From an uncultured bacterium (GTDB taxonomy: Bacteria > Patescibacteriota > Minisyncoccia > CAIUEV01), in the NCBI GenBank assembly GCA_937952315.1, contig CALFZX010000010.1, positions 5,047-69,046 on the forward strand: DNA of 64,000 nt, written 5' to 3'. Positions within the stretch are counted from its first letter, which is position 1, and each line of letters starts with the position of its first letter. The translations under genes and the position numbers were made by a program. Under the pieces are notes generated by a model. The model made no database searches, was not told where the DNA came from, and saw only the letters and a list, made by a program, of their open reading frames with translations. Positions 58,132 to 64,000 of this stretch are shown here, piece after piece.

Positions 58132-59763
58132 ATGGCACAGAAGAAGAGAAATATCTATATCGGTTCCGCTTGGCCTTACGCTAACGGTTCTTTGCATCTC
58201 GGTCATATAGCTGGTCTGCTCGGGGCGGATTTTTTGGCGCGTTATTATCGAGCCAACGGGGATAATGTCCTTTTTGTCTCCGGCAGTGACTGCCACGGAA
58301 CGCCGATTGAAGTTAAAGCGGAGCAATTGGGGATAAAGCCGGAGGAGGTTGTGGCGGAGTTTGATGCGGAATTTCGTCACAATCTCGTTGATCAGATGGG
58401 ATTTTCTTACGATTTATTCTATCGAACGGCCGATCCGTTTCACTACGAAAAAGTGCAAAAAATGTTTTTAGATCTCTACAACAAGGGCTTAATTTACGAA
58501 AAAGTGCAAAGTTTGCCTTTCTGCGAGAGTTGCAATCGCTTTTTACCCGATCGTTACATCGAAGGCGAGTGTCCGAAATGTCACTTTTCACCGGCTCGAG
58601 GAGATCAGTGCGACGAATGCGGTTCGATTTTGGACGCCAAAGATCTTATCAATCCGAAATGTAAGAGTTGCGGCAAAAAACCGATCTGGAAAGACTCCGC
58701 TCATTTTTTTCTGAAACTGAGCGCCTTTGAAAAGGAATTGAGAAGGTGGACAAAAAAGGCGCAAGGTTGGCGACCGAATGCCCTTAATTTTACTTTAAAA
58801 TTTTTAGAAAAAGGATTGATCGATCGAGCGATTACTCGAGACTCCAAATGGGGAGTACCCGTTCCGATCAAAGGATTTGAAGAAAAAACCATTTATGTTT
58901 GGTTTGAGGCGGTTAGTGGCTATTTAACGGCCAGCCAAAAACATTCGGTTGATATCGATCGGCCGGAATTATGGAAAGATTTTTGGCAGAACGAAAAGGC
59001 TCTTCACTACTATGTCCACGGCAAAGACAATATTCCATTCCATACCGTTATTTGGCCCGCCATTTTAATGGGTTTGGGCGATTTGAAGCTGGCTGACAGG
59101 ATTATCTCCTCCGAATATTTAAGTTTTGAAGGTAAGCAATTTTCCAAGAGTCGCAATTGGGGTGTCTGGCTACCGGAATTTCTGGAAAAACGAGATCCGG
59201 AAACCTTGCGTTACTACCTCGGAATTAACGGTCCGGAAAGTGCCGATAGCGATTTCTCCTGGAAGGAATACCAAGTAAAAGTGAATACGGAATTGATTGG
59301 CAAGATTGGCAATTTTGTGAATCGAGTCTTGAGCTTCACTAAAAATAATTTTGCAAGCCAAGTGCCGGAGATTATCAGTCCGAATGCCGAAGACAAAATG
59401 ATTTTGGCTGAATCGGAAACGATTTTCATCAGAGTAGGACAATTAATTGAAGCGGGCGGTTTTCATGAGGCTTTAAAAACTATTTTAGCGTTTGCGGAGG
59501 AGTGCAATCGATATATTGATAAAAAAGAACCTTGGAAAAAAATCAAGGAAGATAGGCCGTTAGCCGGAAATGCAATCAATGTCAGTCTGCAGGCCGTTTC
59601 AGCTTTATCCGGATTGCTAAATCCGTTTCTGCCCGTTACGGCTAAAAAAATGAGAGAGCAACTTAATCTTTCGCCACAAAACAATTGGCAATATACCGCT
59701 TTAGCGACCAACCATCCGATCGGAGAACCAAAACCGTTATTTGAGCGAGTGGATATTCCATAG
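58132..59763 (+). CDS. metG: Methionine--tRNA ligase
   Basis: 'PYANGSLHLGHIAG', zinc knuckles 'CESC...CPKC...CDEC...CKSC', and 'KFSKSRN'. The ATG start at 58132 is preferred over the upstream TTG at 58081. Confidence 0.9.
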   Translation: MAQKKRNIYIGSAWPYANGSLHLGHIAGLLGADFLARYYRANGDNVLFVSGSDCHGTPIEVKAEQLGIKPEEVVAEFDAEFRHNLVDQMGFSYDLFYRTADPFHYEKVQKMFLDLYNKGLIYEKVQSLPFCESCNRFLPDRYIEGECPKCHFSPARGDQCDECGSILDAKDLINPKCKSCGKKPIWKDSAHFFLKLSAFEKELRRWTKKAQGWRPNALNFTLKFLEKGLIDRAITRDSKWGVPVPIKGFEEKTIYVWFEAVSGYLTASQKHSVDIDRPELWKDFWQNEKALHYYVHGKDNIPFHTVIWPAILMGLGDLKLADRIISSEYLSFEGKQFSKSRNWGVWLPEFLEKRDPETLRYYLGINGPESADSDFSWKEYQVKVNTELIGKIGNFVNRVLSFTKNNFASQVPEIISPNAEDKMILAESETIFIRVGQLIEAGGFHEALKTILAFAEECNRYIDKKEPWKKIKEDRPLAGNAINVSLQAVSALSGLLNPFLPVTAKKMREQLNLSPQNNWQYTALATNHPIGEPKPLFERVDIP

Positions 59764-59783
59764 TTTATTTTTTTAATTTATAT

Positions 59784-60098
59784 ATGAAAGATGCGCTATT
59801 TATAAATATAAAGGAGGGGGAAATTCAATTGACGAATTTTGACAAACAAGGCACGGCTGGATTGACAAAAAAGCTTGAAGGTTCCGGGGCCGGACAATTT
59901 CTCCAAATGCTTGACAAAATTAATAAATGTAATAAACATAAGAATATCTGTCTTTTTAATTTAAAATCGGTGACTGGACGCAAGCCGAAAAAAGTTGTAT
60001 TTAAAAGCGATGAGGGGCATTCGACCGCTTATCGGATTGTGCTTGTCAGTTTGAAAGCTTTGGCCTGGTCGGGCGCGATTCAACTAAGTGAACTATAA
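59784..60098 (+). CDS. Hypothetical protein
   Basis: 104-aa ORF between metG and rpoB. No motif. Confidence 0.3.
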   Translation: MKDALFINIKEGEIQLTNFDKQGTAGLTKKLEGSGAGQFLQMLDKINKCNKHKNICLFNLKSVTGRKPKKVVFKSDEGHSTAYRIVLVSLKALAWSGAIQLSEL

Positions 60099-60210
60099 TT
60101 TTAGCATATATAATTGTGCTTTTATCAATGGGTAATCCAATAACTAACTAAGAAAATAAACCGGTTAGCTTTCGTTTTATTTCGAAGGGTGGCTTGGTTA
60201 TTGCTTTTCT

Positions 60211-63200
60211 ATGTCTAAAGAAAAAAGTTCCAACTCAAACAAGAGCAAATCAGCTCTCAACCTGAAAGGTAAGTTCTCCGCTAAATCCAGTTTGGCGAAG
60301 AGAAAATTCTTCTACGATCTGGGCAAAATGGTCTCTCTGCCTAACCTAATAGAAGCTCAGAAAAAATCATACGATTGGTTTTTCGAGAAAGGGCTTAAAG
60401 AACTATTAGAAGAAGTATCCCCGATTGAAGATTACACTAAAAAGAATTTTTCCGTTTCTTTTCTTGATTTTCGTCAAGAAGAACCAAAAATTGACGAGCA
60501 AACGGCTAAATACAAGAACGCTTCCTATGAAATACCCTTGAAGGTTCAGGCCAGACTTTTGATTAAGGAAACGGGTGAAATTCGTGAACAGGAAATTTAT
60601 TTCTCTGACATTCCGGCGATGACTCCGCGAGGTACTTTTGTTATTAACGGAGTGGAGCGAGTGGTGGTGAACCAATTGATGCGTTCTCCGGGCGTTTTTT
60701 TCACAATGAATCATCTAAAAGGCCGAAAACTGTTCGGTGCTAAAATTATTCCGGGTCGTGGGGCTTGGCTGGAAATAGAAACTGATATTAATAATGTTAT
60801 CAATGTTAAAATCGATCGTAAGCGAAAAGTACCGGTAACTTCACTACTGAGAGCTTTTGGTTATGGATCGGACAAGCAAATAACCGATCTTTTCAAAGAT
60901 GTTGACACCGATAAGGATAATCAATTTATCGTGGAAACGATTAAAAAAGATATCGCTAAAACTCAAGGAGAAGGATATCGGGAAGTTTATAAGAGAATCA
61001 GACCGGGCGATCTGGCAACGGAAGAAAACGCCAAACAGTTGGTGGATAATATGTTTTTCTCCATTGACCGTTACGATTCCTCCGAAGTGGGCCGTCATCG
61101 TTTAGATATGCGACTCGGTCTCTCAACACCAAAGGATAAAGAACATAGAATTTTCCAAATCAACGATTTGGTTGCCATTATCAAAGAGATTATTCGTTTG
61201 AATAATGATCCCCAAGCTAAACCGGATGACATTGACCATTTGGGCAATCGACGAGTGCGTGGGGTTGGCGAGCTGTTGCAAATGAAAATGCGCGTGGCTT
61301 TTTCCCGTCTAGAACGCAATATTAAGGATAGAATGAGTACTTGTGATCCGAAAGTGGTCACACCCGCTCAATTAATCAATACTCGACCGATTACAACCTC
61401 AATCAAGGAATTTTTTTCCAGCTCACCGCTTTCTCAATATATGGATCATGTTAATCCGCTGGCTGAGTTGGAGCACAAAAGAAGGCTATCGGCGATGGGG
61501 CCGGGTGGTTTAAGCCGAGAAAGAGCGGGTATGGAAGTTCGCGATGTCCACCCAAGTCATTACGGAAGAATCTGTCCGATTCAGACACCGGAAGGAGCTA
61601 ATATCGGTTTGGTCTCTCATCTCTCTTGTTATGCTCGCGTCAACGATTTCGGTTTTATCGAAACTCCCTACCGAAAAGTAATAAGAGAAAAGGGGAAATC
61701 AAAAATTTCCGGAGAAGTGGTCTTTATGGATGCTTTAGAGGAGGAAAAATACAAAATCGCTCAGGCGAATGTTAAAATCGACAAGGACGGCTTTTTCTTG
61801 GACGCGACAGTTCAAGGCCGAGTGAACGGTGAGCCGAGCATGATTAAAGTTTCGGAAGTTGATTATATTGATGTTTCTCCCAAACAGGCGGTTAGTATCG
61901 CCGCTTCACTGATTCCCTTTTTGGAGCACGACGACGCCAACCGTTCTTTGATGGGATCGAACATGCAACGACAGGCTGTTTCTTGCATCAAACCGGAGTC
62001 TCCGATCGTCGGCACGGGCGTAGAAGACAAAGCGGCAGCCGATTCCGGACAGTTGGTTTTCGCTTCCGAAGCCGGTAAAGTGGTGGAGGTTGACTCCGAT
62101 CATATTGTGATAGAAGAATCGGTAACCGAGGGAAAGGAAACATTTAAAAGACGAAAGGAGTATCTTTTACACTCATTTTTGAAGTCAAATGCCTTTACCG
62201 CTATCAACCAGACGCCTTTGGTTAAAAAAGGAGATTGGGTTGAAAAGGGCCAAATTTTAGCCGATGGCGCCTCGACGGACAACGGAGAATTGGCTCTGGG
62301 CCAGAATTTAACGGTAGCTTTTATGTCTTGGAGGGGCTATAACTTTGAAGACGCTATTATTCTTTCTCAACGATTGGTTAAGGACGACCGTTTTAGTTCA
62401 ATTCACATCGAGGACTATAGTCTGGATGTTCGAGACACCAAACTCGGCCCCGAATTAGTGACTCGAGATATTCCGAATATTGGAGAAGATCGCCTCAGAA
62501 ATCTTAACGAAGACGGTATCGTCCAAGTTGGAGCGGAGGTTAAATCGGGTGATATCCTGGTCGGTAAAATTACTCCGCGAGGTGAAGGCGAATTGACGGC
62601 GGAAGAGAGATTGCTTCGCGCAATTTTTGGTGAGAAATCAAGAGAAGTGAAGGACAGTTCTCTTTATTTGCCACACGGCGAAAGAGGAAAAGTGATTGAA
62701 ATTAAGATTTTCTCTCGCGACAAAGGTGATAAATTACCTAGCGGAGTCATCAAGCAAGTTCAAGTGCGAGTAGCTCAATTTAGAAAAATATCCGTTGGGG
62801 ACAAATTGGCCGGGAGACATGGAAATAAAGGTGTTATTTCCCGTATTTTACCGGAAGAAGATATGCCATTCTTGCCCGACGGCACTCCGGTTGATATTAT
62901 TTTAAACACCTTAGGAGTCGCCTCTCGTATGAACATCGGGCAATTGTTGGAAACCCATTTAGGCTGGGCGGCACAAAAACTTGGTTATAAAGCGGCTAGC
63001 CCCGTTTTAGCGGGCGTCCGCGAAGATCAAATTCGTGAAGAGCTGAAGAAGGCCGGCTTACCGGAAAACAGTAAAATGAGACTCAGAGATGGTCTGAACA
63101 GCGAAAATTTTGATAACGAAACCGCTTTGGGCGTTATTTACATTATGAAATTGCACCACCTGGTTGAAGACAAGATTCATATGCGATCGGTTGGTCCGTA

Positions 63201-63507
63201 TTCCTTGATTACGCAACAGCCATTGGGCGGAAAGGCTCAATTTGGAGGACAGAGATTCGGAGAAATGGAAGTCTGGGCTTTACAAGGCTACGGAGCGGCG
63301 CATTCTTTGCAAGAAATTTTGACTATAAAATCAGATGATGTTATCGGTCGATCCCGAGCTTACGAATCCATTATTAAGGGTGAAGAAATTCGCAGTCCGA
63401 ATATTCCCGCAGCTTTAAATGTGTTGGTTCGTGAGTTAAAAGCGCTCTGTTTGAATGTGAAATTGGAACAATCGGCGGAAGAAGGAACGCGAGAAAAGAG
63501 AAAATAA
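60211..63507 (+). CDS. rpoB: DNA-directed RNA polymerase subunit beta
   Basis: Conserved blocks 'RRLSAMGPGGL', 'GDKLAGRHGNKGVIS' and 'QRFGEMEVWAL'. 1098 aa. Confidence 0.95.
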   Translation: MSKEKSSNSNKSKSALNLKGKFSAKSSLAKRKFFYDLGKMVSLPNLIEAQKKSYDWFFEKGLKELLEEVSPIEDYTKKNFSVSFLDFRQEEPKIDEQTAKYKNASYEIPLKVQARLLIKETGEIREQEIYFSDIPAMTPRGTFVINGVERVVVNQLMRSPGVFFTMNHLKGRKLFGAKIIPGRGAWLEIETDINNVINVKIDRKRKVPVTSLLRAFGYGSDKQITDLFKDVDTDKDNQFIVETIKKDIAKTQGEGYREVYKRIRPGDLATEENAKQLVDNMFFSIDRYDSSEVGRHRLDMRLGLSTPKDKEHRIFQINDLVAIIKEIIRLNNDPQAKPDDIDHLGNRRVRGVGELLQMKMRVAFSRLERNIKDRMSTCDPKVVTPAQLINTRPITTSIKEFFSSSPLSQYMDHVNPLAELEHKRRLSAMGPGGLSRERAGMEVRDVHPSHYGRICPIQTPEGANIGLVSHLSCYARVNDFGFIETPYRKVIREKGKSKISGEVVFMDALEEEKYKIAQANVKIDKDGFFLDATVQGRVNGEPSMIKVSEVDYIDVSPKQAVSIAASLIPFLEHDDANRSLMGSNMQRQAVSCIKPESPIVGTGVEDKAAADSGQLVFASEAGKVVEVDSDHIVIEESVTEGKETFKRRKEYLLHSFLKSNAFTAINQTPLVKKGDWVEKGQILADGASTDNGELALGQNLTVAFMSWRGYNFEDAIILSQRLVKDDRFSSIHIEDYSLDVRDTKLGPELVTRDIPNIGEDRLRNLNEDGIVQVGAEVKSGDILVGKITPRGEGELTAEERLLRAIFGEKSREVKDSSLYLPHGERGKVIEIKIFSRDKGDKLPSGVIKQVQVRVAQFRKISVGDKLAGRHGNKGVISRILPEEDMPFLPDGTPVDIILNTLGVASRMNIGQLLETHLGWAAQKLGYKAASPVLAGVREDQIREELKKAGLPENSKMRLRDGLNSENFDNETALGVIYIMKLHHLVEDKIHMRSVGPYSLITQQPLGGKAQFGGQRFGEMEVWALQGYGAAHSLQEILTIKSDDVIGRSRAYESIIKGEEIRSPNIPAALNVLVRELKALCLNVKLEQSAEEGTREKRK

Positions 63508-63543
63508 AATTACCATTCTTTAATTTTTTTCAATTTCAAAACT

Positions 63544-64000
63544 ATGACATCGGAAAATGTAAACAATTTTGAGGCCATTCGATTGAGGCTGGCTAGTCCG
63601 GAGGAGATTCTGGAGTGGTCCAACGGTGAAGTAACCAAACCGGAAACTATCAACTACCGAACGCAGAGATACGAAATGGACGGACTTTTCTGCGAAAGAA
63701 TTTTTGGTCCCAGTAAAGACTGGGAGTGCTATTGTGGAAAATACCGTCGAATTCGTTATAAGGGAATCGTCTGCGACAAATGTGGCGTCGAGGTGACTCG
63801 CTCTTCCGTCAGAAGAGAGCGAATGGGGCACATTCGATTATCCGCTCCGGTAGCACATATTTGGTTCACTCGCGGTAGCTCCAGTCGGATTGGAATTATT
63901 TTAGATTTAACCGTGAAACAAGTAGAAAAGATTGTTTATTTTTCCGGATATATTATTACGCAAGTCGATGAAGACAAAAAGGAAGAATTTAGAAAGATTT
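63544..64000 (+). CDS. rpoC: DNA-directed RNA polymerase subunit beta' (5' partial, continues beyond the window)
   Basis: '[30 protein letters not shown]' zinc-binding N-terminus. The ORF is open to the window end. Confidence 0.9.
   Translation, partial: MTSENVNNFEAIRLRLASPEEILEWSNGEVTKPETINYRTQRYEMDGLFCERIFGPSKDWECYCGKYRRIRYKGIVCDKCGVEVTRSSVRRERMGHIRLSAPVAHIWFTRGSSSRIGIILDLTVKQVEKIVYFSGYIITQVDEDKKEEFRKI

Overview
This 64 kb window is densely coding and looks like a low-GC bacterial chromosome of CPR/Patescibacteria-like character. That assignment is an inference from gene content (archaeal-type TyrRS, eukaryote-like IleRS2, several type IV pilus ATPases) and very short intergenic spacers. 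It was not derived from a database search.

Housekeeping genes recognised by motif: atpD and atpC at the start, ppaC, ftsZ, rplU, murG, ileS, lysS, galU, porD and porA, nusA, a SEDS protein of the RodA/FtsW family, a YebC-family regulator, HU, metG, rpoB and the 5' end of rpoC. There are two minus-strand tRNAs: Leu(TAA) and Gly(CCC). Envelope and transport genes include an RND pump with its membrane-fusion protein, a MacAB-like four-gene efflux set, a GT4 glycosyltransferase and a lytic transglycosylase. Signalling genes are an ECF sigma module and an orphan histidine kinase. I found no CRISPR array, rRNA or recognisable transposase or integrase.

Two things stand out.

1. Nucleotides 27922-30954 encode a single 1010-aa protein made of two complete, motif-intact PilB/GspE-type secretion ATPases fused in tandem. 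A conventional pilB follows immediately.

2. Nucleotides 38973-47594 hold a visibly AT-rich, translationally coupled three-gene operon. It encodes an SNF2 helicase with an N-terminal PLD nuclease domain (1106 aa), an AlbA_2/Schlafen-like ATP-binding protein (560 aa), and an 1172-aa Type IIG/Eco57I-family N6-adenine methyltransferase with a possible N-terminal PD-(D/E)xK nuclease. The operon is flanked by GC-rich hairpin DNA upstream and a GC-rich orphan ORF downstream. It resembles DISARM and BREX components but lacks their other core genes, so I treat it as a candidate uncharacterised or minimal defence island.

Coordinates of RNA genes, terminators and adjusted starts were derived by hand and may be off by 1-2 nt.
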